IMG/VR virus record: IMGVR_UViG_3300025759_000446
Location: 1-30,217 of that record
From: a virus
Taxonomy: Duplodnaviria; Caudoviricetes
Length of the DNA: 30,217 nucleotides
Strand: one strand, 5' to 3'
The first letter of the stretch is position 1; every line of letters begins with the position of its first letter. The translations under genes were made by a program, and so were the position numbers. Below are positions 1 to 9,785 of the stretch, in pieces. Under the pieces are notes generated by a model, which was not told the DNA's origin, searched no databases, and saw only the letters and a program-made list of their open reading frames with translations.

Positions 1-228
1 GTCGGAAGCTGTAAGTGTTGCACCTGTGAATGTAATTTGAGACCCACTAACTGTAAAGTTTCCAAACTGTACTACACCATTGATTGAGCAAATTATGTGG
101 TCTGCTCCAATGGGAGTAAATGCTGTAGAACCTTTAGTTAGGTTATAAGTAGAACCACCATTAAACGTAATGTTGTCTAGCTTTTCTACTGTTTGTATTC
201 GGTCTAAACCTACACCTATGTATGCCAT
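1..228 (-). CDS. Tail fibre-associated protein, N-terminal 76 aa (runs off the window edge)
   Basis: Hand translation from ATG at 228: MAYIGVGLDRIQTVEKLDNITFNGGSTYNLTKGSTAFTPIGADHIICSINGVVQFGNFTVSGSQITFTGATLTASD, open to base 1. Same MAYIG start as 1363..1665; NGVVQ...FTVSG..ITF is typical of phage tail beta domains. Not in the ORF track. Confidence 0.75.
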   Translation of the reverse strand, partial: MAYIGVGLDRIQTVEKLDNITFNGGSTYNLTKGSTAFTPIGADHIICSINGVVQFGNFTVSGSQITFTGATLTASD

Positions 229-229
229 G

Positions 230-454
230 TTACAATACTATTGTGTTAGCTTCTTCTTCAGTTAATGCTTCACCTGCAATTAACTTTGCTTTAGCACTAG
301 CTTTTAGATTTTCTTTAGCTTGTATCTCGTTTTGACGAACTTCTTCTTCACTAGCAACTTTTTCTGCATTTGCATTGTATGCTGTTTCTTCTTCAGCAGT
401 CATATCAGAAATAATTGTTTCGCCAGTTAATCCATTGTATATTGCTTTTTTCAT
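230..454 (-). CDS. Small acidic helical protein, possible tail fibre assembly chaperone
   Basis: 74 aa, GAGGAG RBS upstream, directly follows the 287-aa fibre gene; function inferred from position only. Confidence 0.5.
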   Translation of the reverse strand: MKKAIYNGLTGETIISDMTAEEETAYNANAEKVASEEEVRQNEIQAKENLKASAKAKLIAGEALTEEEANTIVL

Positions 455-471
455 TTTATCTCCTCATTAAA

Positions 472-1335
472 TTATGCGTGTTTCAAACCATAAATAGTAC
501 AGCTTGTACCAGTTGTCATATTTCCAGATGTTGTTGAAAATTTTATACCAGACATAGCTACATTATTTGCGTTCCAACCACCACCAACTAATTCTCTAGC
601 ATAAGAACCATCATATTGTGATATATGATGTTGCCACCTAGTTTGTAATGCTTCCATTGGTCTAACAATTCTCATGTGCCATATAGCACTATGCGAAGAA
701 TTATTACTTTGGTTTTCATGTGGTCTAAAATTACTATAATCCCAATCTCCTTGACAAGTCGCAGAACTTGTAGAAGCATTTTTTGTTGCCATATTAGACG
801 CAAAATAATAATTAGCTGTTTGCATTGAACCATCAGATGATTTTTCAAATTCCACTTGTACTTGTGATTGAGTATCTCTTTGAAATTGGAAGTAAACTTC
901 GTAAATATCATAAGTAGTTGTAAAAACATTACTCATAGTAAATGAACTTGCATCACTTGATAATTCAGAATTTGCAACCTTAACAAAGTTAGAGGATACT
1001 GTTCCCCAACTTGGATTAGCACCAGAGCCACCAGTTTGTAATACTTGACCTGCTGTTCCATATCCTAATCGTGCAAGACCAGAGCCATCACGATAAAGTA
1101 TATCGCCTTGAGTTGTTAGTGTAGTACCTACATCTGTACCATCTGTACCATCTGTTCCTTTAGCCGCTAATTTTGTCCAATAGGAAGCGTTGGACGTAGC
1201 GTTACCTGTAGAAGCCTGTATACAGATGAAAGTTTCATCTCCAAATGTTACAATATCGTCAACTACATAAGCTGTACTGTTATTGTAAGCACCTTGAAAT
1301 ACTGGCTTAATTCTTCCTAAATTTAATGTTGCCAT
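472..1335 (-). CDS. Tail fibre / receptor-binding protein
   Basis: 287 aa. N-terminal CBM5/12-like module (AYNNSTAYVVDDIV...FIC...YW), GTDGTDGTD linker, GDILYR..RL..GT.GQVL..G..PSW fibre motif, C-terminal beta-rich domain. Confidence 0.7.
   Translation of the reverse strand: MATLNLGRIKPVFQGAYNNSTAYVVDDIVTFGDETFICIQASTGNATSNASYWTKLAAKGTDGTDGTDVGTTLTTQGDILYRDGSGLARLGYGTAGQVLQTGGSGANPSWGTVSSNFVKVANSELSSDASSFTMSNVFTTTYDIYEVYFQFQRDTQSQVQVEFEKSSDGSMQTANYYFASNMATKNASTSSATCQGDWDYSNFRPHENQSNNSSHSAIWHMRIVRPMEALQTRWQHHISQYDGSYARELVGGGWNANNVAMSGIKFSTTSGNMTTGTSCTIYGLKHA
1131..1158 (-). repeat. Near-perfect 9-bp tandem repeat x3 encoding GTD-GTD-GTD
   Basis: Plus strand catctgtac catctgtac catctgttc. Confidence 0.6.
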
Positions 1336-1362
1336 AATTGCCTTATTTTCTCCTTATTATTG

Positions 1363-1665
1363 TTAAATTGTAACATTCAGATTGCCTGTGGCATCTACTG
1401 AAAATGTTAGTCCTCGTTTTGATACAAAACTTTCAGCGTATTTATCTGATTGTTGTGTGTCATTATTTGCTACTGATACATTGTCAGAACCATTTGAGTA
1501 TTCTAACTCTAGTGTACCATTAGCTAATTTTTTAAATCCGTAAAAATCTACTGTCCCTAAACTTGCTTGTGCCGCCGCAGAAATATCTTGTAATTCTACT
1601 GCACCATCTTGTATTTGTGATGAAGATGTAACAACAGCACTCGGAGTCTGTCCTATGTAAGCCAT
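1363..1665 (-). CDS. Small tail-associated protein (MAYIG N-terminus)
   Basis: 100 aa in the tail cluster; TAATG overlap with the upstream gene. Confidence 0.6.
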   Translation of the reverse strand: MAYIGQTPSAVVTSSSQIQDGAVELQDISAAAQASLGTVDFYGFKKLANGTLELEYSNGSDNVSVANNDTQQSDKYAESFVSKRGLTFSVDATGNLNVTI

Positions 1666-1991
1666 TATGTGCTTATGCTATCAACCGCAGAAACCCACAC
1701 ATCACATGAACTAGCTGTGTCAGAAACTACTTTAATAACATCTCCGTTTTGTACTACTATTTTAGCTCCGCCATCAATCAACTGTAATTGCGAACCAACT
1801 GGAATTGGAGCTGACTTAACTAAATGTATGTCATTTGCACCATCATTAATATAACAATCTACATTAATAGATGACCCTGATACGTTAGTTAAGGCTATTC
1901 CAACTATAGTATCGTAGCTGTCTGCTGTGTACACACTAACTGGTGATGTACCAACATTGTTACTTGTATTTCTTCTAAAGTTTTGAGCCAT
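1665..1991 (-). CDS. Small beta-rich virion/tail protein
   Basis: 108 aa, AAGGA RBS, alternating hydrophobic beta pattern, follows the gp17-like gene. Confidence 0.6.
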   Translation of the reverse strand: MAQNFRRNTSNNVGTSPVSVYTADSYDTIVGIALTNVSGSSINVDCYINDGANDIHLVKSAPIPVGSQLQLIDGGAKIVVQNGDVIKVVSDTASSCDVWVSAVDSIST

Positions 1992-2005
1992 TTATTTTCC
2001 TTTGT

Positions 2006-3010
2006 TTATAATGCGATTGCCATAGCAATCACTAATCCTGTTGTAACATTAACTGAAGAGGCACTGTTTGCCGCCGCAGTAGCACTAGAAGCCGCCGCAG
2101 TTGCAGAGTTAGCCGCATTTGTAGCAGACGTAGCCGCTTCTGCCGCTTTTGTCGTTGCTGTTGAGGCATTTCCACTAGCACCTTGTATTGCTGTAATGTT
2201 AGTTGCCGCAGTGTTTACGTCACTGATGTTTGTAGCAACTGTATTTACGTTAGTAATACTATTACCTACGTTATTAACATTAGTTATATTTGTAGCAACA
2301 GTGTCAATCTCTGATGTTGCTTCGTTTAAATCGTCAGCTACAGTCTCAACTTCTGATACTGCTTCTGCTAAATCGTTTGCTACAGCTACAACTTTTGTAA
2401 TATCTGTCGCTACTGTATTAACTGAGCCAATGTTATTAGCTACAGTATTAATGTTAGTAGAGTTAGAATTGTTTGTAGTGATAGCTGATATGTTACCATT
2501 AACAGTATTAATTGCCGCTATATTGCTATTAACATTGTTAAGAGTAGCTTTGTCTGACGCTGATAACCAAGTGTTTTCTAAGTAGTGTTTTGTAGCCGCA
2601 TCTTGGTCAGACGTAGGATTAGCAACATTTGTTAATCTTTTATTCTGTGCGTCCCATTGAAAATTAGTATTATCAATCTTAATAACATCACCTGCATCAT
2701 CAATCGCTTCTTGCGACATGAAAAAGGCTTGTTCACTATCTGTATCTAAATCGTTCTCTGTTAGTACAGACCCAGACGCATAGTCTACTAATTTAGAGTT
2801 TTGTGACGTTCTTCTTCTAATCTCAATGGCTGTAGTGTTAGCAGGTGGCGAACTAAAAGTTAGTGTCGTTCCTGCGGCATTTAGTGTAAAAGCTGTAGTA
2901 GCAACCCCTGCTAGTGTAACAGTTAGGTCTGCTGTACTTCTATAACTAAAAGGTATAGAATATGATGACGTATTACCGTCACCTGTGTATCGTACAAAAC
3001 TATTAGCCAT
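2006..3010 (-). CDS. gp17: Tail fibre protein with T7 gp17-like N-terminal adaptor
   Basis: MANSFVRYTGDG...IPFSY...IEIRRRT...LVDY..GSVLTE.DLD...Q..F..QE matches the T7 tail fibre N-domain; then a repeat stalk; follows gp16. Confidence 0.9.
   Translation of the reverse strand: MANSFVRYTGDGNTSSYSIPFSYRSTADLTVTLAGVATTAFTLNAAGTTLTFSSPPANTTAIEIRRRTSQNSKLVDYASGSVLTENDLDTDSEQAFFMSQEAIDDAGDVIKIDNTNFQWDAQNKRLTNVANPTSDQDAATKHYLENTWLSASDKATLNNVNSNIAAINTVNGNISAITTNNSNSTNINTVANNIGSVNTVATDITKVVAVANDLAEAVSEVETVADDLNEATSEIDTVATNITNVNNVGNSITNVNTVATNISDVNTAATNITAIQGASGNASTATTKAAEAATSATNAANSATAAASSATAAANSASSVNVTTGLVIAMAIAL
2180..2545 (-). repeat. Imperfect 10-residue repeats (VNTVATNITN-type) in the fibre stalk
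   Basis: INTVANNIGS/VNTVATDITK/.../IDTVATNITN/VNNVGNSITN/VNTVATNISD/VNTAATNITA, interrupted by two 14-residue units. Confidence 0.75.
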
Positions 3011-3035
3011 TTAATTCCTTAATTTTATTGTTTTA

Positions 3036-3052
3036 TCTAAAAGGGGTACTTT
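3036..3052 (-). promoter_or_regulatory. Putative phage RNAP promoter (phi17 equivalent)
   Basis: AAAGTACCCCTTTTAGA, intergenic, upstream of the tail fibre gene; one of five copies. Confidence 0.75.
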
Positions 3053-3057
3053 TTGTA

Positions 3058-6000
3058 TTATAGTCCTAATAGAACATTTAGGGCACTGTTAGCCTTTTCT
3101 ACTTCATCTTTCTTAAAGTTTCCTCTTTTTTCACGCTCTTTTACTATTTGTGGAAACTCTTTTAATATCATAGCTTTAGCTTTATTTTCTGCCGCATTTA
3201 CATAATTTAATATTAGATTTTGTCTCATATCCTCACCTAATACTTTATTGTTAGGAAGACGGTATAATTGACTTTTTTTGTCCATTACTAATTTTTCTAC
3301 TATTTCTTTCAATGTATACTCTTTACCATCTTCGTATCTAATTTTAACTACTCCTACAAGCTCTCTCATTCTATCGTAAGCTGTCTGACCAGTTTTTTTA
3401 TTTTTAATATCTCTTAAATCTATACCTGATTTTCTATCTATCTTGTCAGGCGGTCTATAATCAAAATCTCTACCTTCAAAGAACTTAGATATTTCAGGAT
3501 ATTTAAACTCTGTCATAGCAAATGGTGAAGACCATAATCCTGACCTTTTACCAAGACCAAATAACCAACCATTTTTTCTATTTATAACTTCACCAAACAT
3601 ATTTCGTTGTGGCATAATACTGTTTTTTTCTACAATTTGTGGCATTAATACTTTTAATCTATCTGATAGAGTTAATAATTCTTTTTGTTCGTCCATTTCA
3701 ACTCTACTTAAATATCTTAGTCCACCTGATAATGGAAAGAATTTATATAATGTTCTTGCAAAGATAGAAGTACCAACTCTATCTGGTGCTCTACTTCTAG
3801 CAAAATCATCACTAAATAAAAAGTTTGCTGTTTCTATAATATTTTTAAGATAAAATTTAGATTGAATGTTTCTAGTTAAACTAGCTACTACACCCATAGA
3901 TAATTCTAACATAGTGTTTTCTGCTTCACTAGGTAAGTCTTCATTAGTTTCTAAATGTTTATTTATAACTTCAAACATGTCTGCCATAATTAAAAACGGC
4001 ATCATAATTGGGTCAAGTCTGTTTACTGAGATATATCTACCATCATTAGTTTTATATGAGTACGGTTGCCAACCAGTTGTTCTTTCTCTTTCTTGATTTT
4101 CTTTATAATCTCTTGAACCACCACTTGTAAATTTACCTGCTTTTACTGCAAAGAACGCTGACAACCATAACGCCATACCCATCTGCATACGTGCATTAGC
4201 TTCAGCCGCCGCTTCAGGATTTAAGTATTTACCGTCTTTACCTTTCATTAATGAATGTCTAACAGACACAATACTTTTTCTAATTAAAGGCAGTTGTTCA
4301 AAATTCCATTTTAACAAGTTAGCAGGTGTATTAATAAAGTGTAATCCTAACGCTCTAGCCCATTTGTGTTTTGCTGTAAAACTTAATGTAGCACCTGTAA
4401 CACCTTGTTCTGTTTTACCTGTTGCAGGATTTATAGAATATGCTGATTGTGTATATGTACCTTCTCTAGCATATTGTAATGGGTCATTAACTTCTAATCT
4501 ACTAGACTCTAATATACCAGACCTTGCATTTATATCTGCTGTAGGTATAGCTTCACCAATACCTTTTTCGTATTCACTAGCTATTTCTTTAAATCTTTTT
4601 CTATAACCATCTTTATCTAATTTACTAAACAAAGGTAATGAACCTGTTTCATTTCTTATTTGTGCATGTATTTGTGCTGTTCTTCTAGCTTTATACATTA
4701 TAGTTTTAAGAAATTCATCACCTGCTGTTAAAAATCTCATAGGCATACTTGTTGCATAAGCAACAGGATTGACTACCATTTTTTGTAAACCTTTACCTAC
4801 AAAACCTAATGGCTCAGTAAGTAACTCACCAGACGCATTAATAAATTGTTGTAGTTGTCCTTGACGCATAGCGTTGTCAAACTTCATTTGTTTACTATCT
4901 ATAATACCTCTACCTAAATAAAAACTTTTACCAAATTGTTTAAACGCATGAGCTATGTATACATATTGCATAATGTAAGTGTCCATTGCTTCTATTGCTA
5001 ATGTACCTGCTCTTTGTCTATCTGTAATAGATAAGTTAGCCGCTCTAACTAACATAATTAATGGTTTCCATTGTGTTTGAACTAGACCTGACACTATGTT
5101 AATTATGTGTGTATCTGGTGAAGATAGTAAGTTATTGTTTATAAATTCATTAACTAAATCCCACTTACCAACTTTACGTGCATGTTGTAGTGCTAAGATA
5201 ACTTGTTCATCATTATCTAATTTAGCTAATGCTTTATAAAATTCTTTTGGATTAGTTTCTTTGAGATTTTTTAATTTAGGGTCTTCAGGGTTAAGGACTA
5301 ACTCTGCCGCTCTTTGTGCATCTTTGTTTATTTGTTGAAATCTTTGAGCTCTTGCTATATTTTCAGTCATGGTTTTTTGATTGATTAATATATCATCAAC
5401 CATTTTTCTTCTGACTTCTAATTCTTTTAATATTTTTCTTTCTTCTGTAGCTGTAATATTTTGTTTATGTAACTGATTAGACAACTTAATCATATCATCA
5501 GTTTGTTTAGCCATTAAATCACCATGAGCTAATATTTCTGCATATAGTTGTCTGTCTGCTTTAGCTCTTGACTTACCTAATTTAATAACTTCATCAGGAT
5601 TTAAACCTAATATTCTAGCTTGTTCTTCTACTTCTTTTACAGTAACTACTTTCTTTTCAATAGTACCATCAGCTAATAATCTATCTGCTGTATTTTTTAA
5701 ATATTTTGCTAGTGACTTTGGATTGTACTTAGTGTAATTTAATAATTCTTTAGGTGGTTTAGATGACCCATCAATTCTAGTGTTTCTTAATTTTTTAATT
5801 TGTTCATCAATGTCTTTACCATCTAACTTACTTCTGTATTCAATATCATCAATCTCTGCATCAGTTAAATTTTTGTAATATGATTTTTTATCTTTTTTAG
5901 TAGACAAATCTGCAAACAATCTTTTACCTGTAATTGTGCTTCTACCGTAATTATGTAAATCTTCTAAGTTTTTAATAGATGTATTTTTTAATTGTCTGTT

Positions 6001-6813
6001 AGTTAGTTTAAATCCACCATAAGAAAATGCACCCCCAAATACTGTACCAAATCCAAAACCTGCCGCAGTAGAAAATGCCATTTGTTTCAATGAAAACTCA
6101 TCTTGCACACCTGTGTTTATTGCAGTGTTTTGTAACATAGCATCTTGACCTGTTGCAATACCTGCACCAATAAAGCCTTCATACAATGCACCTTTCTTAA
6201 TAGCTTTTCCCATAGCCGCTTGTTGTGCTTCTTTTTGTGCTTGTTGTATAACTTTCTTAGATACTTCTTTTGCTATCTTACCTTTTAATGCTTCTTTTAA
6301 TGCCTGTTTATATGCTTGTTTTGCCGCTTGACCACCAATACCAACTCCAATTAAATTAACTGGGTCAAGTATCATAGCACCACCATTGTCTATTAACCAG
6401 TCACCAAAACTTCTATTAGGGTCATTCCAAAATGATGGTAGTTGTTCGTAAGTTTGTTGTATGTATGCAAACTCTTTTAATCTTGGAGCAGTGTCAGTCA
6501 TGGAATTTGACATGTCCATACCCATAGACACAGAGTTATTGTTTCTCCAAGACCTATCTTCGTAAAAATATTCTAACAAATCTGCATGAGACATGTTATT
6601 AAATTTATCTTCTTCACCTTCTCTATAACCATAATATGACCTAAGAGTTTTAAAAAATCTTTCAGTTTGTATTTCTTCTAGTGCAGACTCAGCATCTTTT
6701 GCTTTTTTTAATCTTTTTTCTTCTTCTTCTTGTAGATTAACTGTATTACCAAAAATTGTTATTTCTTGGTTTTCATTAGATTCTGCTTCTTTTAAAACAC
6801 TATAATCTGTCAT
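3058..6813 (-). CDS. gp16: Internal virion (ejectosome) protein D, gp16-like
   Basis: 1251 aa, last of the internal-protein block; Gly-rich hydrophobic segments; GWQPYS and RLDP motifs typical of the family. Confidence 0.8.
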   Translation of the reverse strand: MTDYSVLKEAESNENQEITIFGNTVNLQEEEEKRLKKAKDAESALEEIQTERFFKTLRSYYGYREGEEDKFNNMSHADLLEYFYEDRSWRNNNSVSMGMDMSNSMTDTAPRLKEFAYIQQTYEQLPSFWNDPNRSFGDWLIDNGGAMILDPVNLIGVGIGGQAAKQAYKQALKEALKGKIAKEVSKKVIQQAQKEAQQAAMGKAIKKGALYEGFIGAGIATGQDAMLQNTAINTGVQDEFSLKQMAFSTAAGFGFGTVFGGAFSYGGFKLTNRQLKNTSIKNLEDLHNYGRSTITGKRLFADLSTKKDKKSYYKNLTDAEIDDIEYRSKLDGKDIDEQIKKLRNTRIDGSSKPPKELLNYTKYNPKSLAKYLKNTADRLLADGTIEKKVVTVKEVEEQARILGLNPDEVIKLGKSRAKADRQLYAEILAHGDLMAKQTDDMIKLSNQLHKQNITATEERKILKELEVRRKMVDDILINQKTMTENIARAQRFQQINKDAQRAAELVLNPEDPKLKNLKETNPKEFYKALAKLDNDEQVILALQHARKVGKWDLVNEFINNNLLSSPDTHIINIVSGLVQTQWKPLIMLVRAANLSITDRQRAGTLAIEAMDTYIMQYVYIAHAFKQFGKSFYLGRGIIDSKQMKFDNAMRQGQLQQFINASGELLTEPLGFVGKGLQKMVVNPVAYATSMPMRFLTAGDEFLKTIMYKARRTAQIHAQIRNETGSLPLFSKLDKDGYRKRFKEIASEYEKGIGEAIPTADINARSGILESSRLEVNDPLQYAREGTYTQSAYSINPATGKTEQGVTGATLSFTAKHKWARALGLHFINTPANLLKWNFEQLPLIRKSIVSVRHSLMKGKDGKYLNPEAAAEANARMQMGMALWLSAFFAVKAGKFTSGGSRDYKENQERERTTGWQPYSYKTNDGRYISVNRLDPIMMPFLIMADMFEVINKHLETNEDLPSEAENTMLELSMGVVASLTRNIQSKFYLKNIIETANFLFSDDFARSRAPDRVGTSIFARTLYKFFPLSGGLRYLSRVEMDEQKELLTLSDRLKVLMPQIVEKNSIMPQRNMFGEVINRKNGWLFGLGKRSGLWSSPFAMTEFKYPEISKFFEGRDFDYRPPDKIDRKSGIDLRDIKNKKTGQTAYDRMRELVGVVKIRYEDGKEYTLKEIVEKLVMDKKSQLYRLPNNKVLGEDMRQNLILNYVNAAENKAKAMILKEFPQIVKEREKRGNFKKDEVEKANSALNVLLGL

Positions 6814-6819
6814 TTATTA

Positions 6820-8766
6820 TTATCCTTGAGATGTTAGACTTTTTAATTTTTCTAATACATATTGATTATCTTTACCAACAGCTTCCGCAATAGGTGTTAA
6901 GATAGCATCTATATCTACATTGTTGTCTATTAAATATTTCATAAATCTATCATTAAGCTCTATACCTGAAAATGCTTGAGGAAGAATACTATTAACTAAT
7001 TGACTAATTTGTCTATCTCTATCTTCTGCTTCTTCATCAGTAAATATATTTATTTTATCACCAATAGTTGTTTCGTATGGTGTAAAGTTTTGAACACCTT
7101 GTTTAACAAGTTGTGTAATGTTGTCTACATTTTCTATGTTAGTTTGAATACTATTAGCTGTATTAGTTTCGTATTCTTTCTTTTCAAACTCTTCTTTTTC
7201 TTTGTTTTCTTTTGCTTCTTCAAATGGTATTAAACTTTGTGGTTCTGGTACGTTATCTGATTTATATGTTTCAATAACATATTTACCTAAATCCATAATA
7301 AATACTCTACGTTCTGCATTAGTAGGTTTTCTACCATTCTCTTTTTCAAACCTATCTTCGTAATCTAATATTTCATTTTCAATAAAATTGTTTGCAATAA
7401 ATGTAGCAAACTTAGCATTAGGATTAGGTAAACCACTAACGTCAGGTTTAAATGATTCTTCTACGGCTTTTAATACTTTAGTTACATTATCAGAATAATT
7501 AGCGTTACTTGTAAATATAGGTTGTGAACCTTCGTCTCTACCTTTAGTATATTGATTCCATCTAATATTAGCTGTACCTAATTCAGACTCAGGTATACCT
7601 CTAGCTAACATTTCTGTTATCATTTCATCATAAGAAGCAAACTCACCTTTTACAATATCTATCATAAATTGTGAACTAACAGCAGGGTCATTGTTTACTG
7701 TTCTGTTCTTGTTAAAGAAATCTGCAAATGTTGCTACAAGTTGTGGGTCATTGAATTGTTTTAATTTTTCTTGTATTTCTTGTAATTGAATTTTATTTTT
7801 AGGACTGCCATCTTCATTAGGTGCAAATGCTTCAGCCCATATAGCTTCTACAGCTTTACCTTTTTTATACTCTTCATCTGCTCTAGTGTTTTGTAGCACT
7901 GCTCTTTTCTTAGTAACTAACTTAGCTTTAAGAGCATCTACTTCTGTAGATTTTCTGTCATTTAATGTTCCTAATTTTTGACCCTCTTTACCAATACCCA
8001 TATCTAAATTTAAAATAGTTTCTGCTCTTTCTATTTCTTCCATAGTAGTTGCAGTATTAATAATAGATTCTACATCAGCTATAATTACAGCTTGTAATTC
8101 TTTGTTAGTATATAATTTATTAGGTGTACTTCCACCGTCAGTATTAGGTACATCTATGTTTAAATTTTTCCAAGTTTCTATATAATCTGATTCTAAATTT
8201 TCATCAGAGATAATAGACAACTGTACTCTACCTTCTTCTATTTTTTTCTTAGAAGCGTGTGCACTTCTTACTGTAGCATCTTTTATAGACTCATTAGCTT
8301 TGTAATTATTAAATACAGAAGCAAAACCTGTAGTATAAGAATTATCTGCTTCATCAAAATTTGGTAAAAATTGTTCGTAAAATGATGTTAAATTTGTTTT
8401 TTCAAAATCATAATTATCTTTATTAGCTTCTATATTTTTAATAACTTCAGCCGCTTTTACTTTACCTAAATGAAACTGTGTAGTTTTTTCTACATATTTA
8501 CCTGTTAAATCTGGGTGTTTACCTGCAAGTATTTCTGTTTGTATATCTTCCATGCTTTTACCAGAAGCATACAAAGATTGTATTTTTGTTACGGCTTCAT
8601 CTTTTTTCTTATCAGTTAAAACATTAGCAATACGCATACCACTTTCACCTGCATTTTGTAATGCTTTAGCTAACTCCATGCCTTCTGTTGTTTTTGCTGA
8701 AGCTACATAGCCTTCAAAGCCAGAGCCCATGTATTTGTTAGTTATTCTTGATTTATATTTTGCCAT
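6820..8766 (-). CDS. gp15: Internal virion protein C, gp15-like
   Basis: 648 aa, helical and charged; synteny between gp14 and gp16. Confidence 0.7.
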   Translation of the reverse strand: MAKYKSRITNKYMGSGFEGYVASAKTTEGMELAKALQNAGESGMRIANVLTDKKKDEAVTKIQSLYASGKSMEDIQTEILAGKHPDLTGKYVEKTTQFHLGKVKAAEVIKNIEANKDNYDFEKTNLTSFYEQFLPNFDEADNSYTTGFASVFNNYKANESIKDATVRSAHASKKKIEEGRVQLSIISDENLESDYIETWKNLNIDVPNTDGGSTPNKLYTNKELQAVIIADVESIINTATTMEEIERAETILNLDMGIGKEGQKLGTLNDRKSTEVDALKAKLVTKKRAVLQNTRADEEYKKGKAVEAIWAEAFAPNEDGSPKNKIQLQEIQEKLKQFNDPQLVATFADFFNKNRTVNNDPAVSSQFMIDIVKGEFASYDEMITEMLARGIPESELGTANIRWNQYTKGRDEGSQPIFTSNANYSDNVTKVLKAVEESFKPDVSGLPNPNAKFATFIANNFIENEILDYEDRFEKENGRKPTNAERRVFIMDLGKYVIETYKSDNVPEPQSLIPFEEAKENKEKEEFEKKEYETNTANSIQTNIENVDNITQLVKQGVQNFTPYETTIGDKINIFTDEEAEDRDRQISQLVNSILPQAFSGIELNDRFMKYLIDNNVDIDAILTPIAEAVGKDNQYVLEKLKSLTSQG

Positions 8767-8767
8767 A

Positions 8768-9304
8768 TTACGGTGCTACTACCAGTCCTTCATCTTTTTT
8801 TGCAGACGTAGCTGAAGTATGTGCAACATATCCTTCACCTGCTGTCATAGCTACATCTAATAATAATCCTGTTCTACTTGGTTCTACTACTGGTGCAATA
8901 CTATTATATGTTTTAGCCATGTTTGCGTATGCGTCAGTAGTTTGATTAGCAAGTGTAATCATATCACCTTTGTATTCTCTATTAATTTCTGTATATTCAT
9001 CATTGTATAATGAACCTATATCTTGCACAATAACAACAGCATTACCTGCATTTAAGTTAAGTGCTTGTGCTAGTTTCTTTTTAGATTCTTGTTTTGTTTT
9101 AAATTCTGCTACTGCTTTTTCTTGGTCAGCTTGTACTTTCTCTTGGTCTATTTTATTAATGTCACGCATGTAAGCCACTTGTGCGTTTTCTCTTGTTCTA
9201 TCATTAGCGGCACGTTTACTAGCGGCTAGAGCTTTTTGTTCTCTGTATTCTTGTACTTTACCTACTATTTGCACTCCTGCCATAGCGGCTTGTATACTAC
9301 ACAT
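8768..9304 (-). CDS. gp14: Internal virion protein B, gp14-like
   Basis: 178 aa, MC- start with hydrophobic N-terminus, Ala/Gln-rich helix; synteny. Confidence 0.75.
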   Translation of the reverse strand: MCSIQAAMAGVQIVGKVQEYREQKALAASKRAANDRTRENAQVAYMRDINKIDQEKVQADQEKAVAEFKTKQESKKKLAQALNLNAGNAVVIVQDIGSLYNDEYTEINREYKGDMITLANQTTDAYANMAKTYNSIAPVVEPSRTGLLLDVAMTAGEGYVAHTSATSAKKDEGLVVAP

Positions 9305-9785
9305 GTTTACTATTTACCTCTTTCATCATTAATAAAAATGGCATTTTACCAACGCCATAGTTTTCTATATTTTCTTTTGGTTCAAATCCTAAAAACTGTA
9401 ACCATTTTAAACTTTTCCAATTTCTTTTGTCTACAAAATTATAAATGTATTGATAACCTTCACTCATTTGTGCGACCCAGTAAGGACATTCTTTTATAAA
9501 TTGTTTAGTATGTTTAAATAAATCTTCACTAGACAATAACCATGCAACACCATATTCAGGTAGTTGTGTAGGATTACTGCCAAACATACCAATAACACCT
9601 TCTTTTTCTGTTCCTACTATTGTGTATATTTTTGCATTGTCATAAGTAAAAGGCATGACCAATGCTCGTAAAGGTGATATACCTTCAGAAGCCATAATCT
9701 CTTCTCTATCACCTTTTCTAATTTTAGGAGATAACTCCAACGCATCTGCTAATATAGCTTTACGTACATAATTTTCTTTAACCAT
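9297..9785 (-). CDS. gp13: Internal virion protein A, gp13-like (GNAT-like fold)
   Basis: R..D..E, G..WLL, NFVD.RN..S.KWL..LGF motifs; position after tail tube B. Confidence 0.8.
   Translation of the reverse strand: MVKENYVRKAILADALELSPKIRKGDREEIMASEGISPLRALVMPFTYDNAKIYTIVGTEKEGVIGMFGSNPTQLPEYGVAWLLSSEDLFKHTKQFIKECPYWVAQMSEGYQYIYNFVDKRNWKSLKWLQFLGFEPKENIENYGVGKMPFLLMMKEVNSKHV

Noticed and set aside
672-929. Alternate-frame minus ORF inside the fibre gene (likewise 27253..27441 inside SSB)
   Set aside because: Nested out of frame, no RBS or motif seen.
1-3010. Diversity-generating retroelement or invertible cassette in the tail region
   Set aside because: No reverse transcriptase, invertase, template/variable repeat pair or flanking inverted repeats seen in the window.
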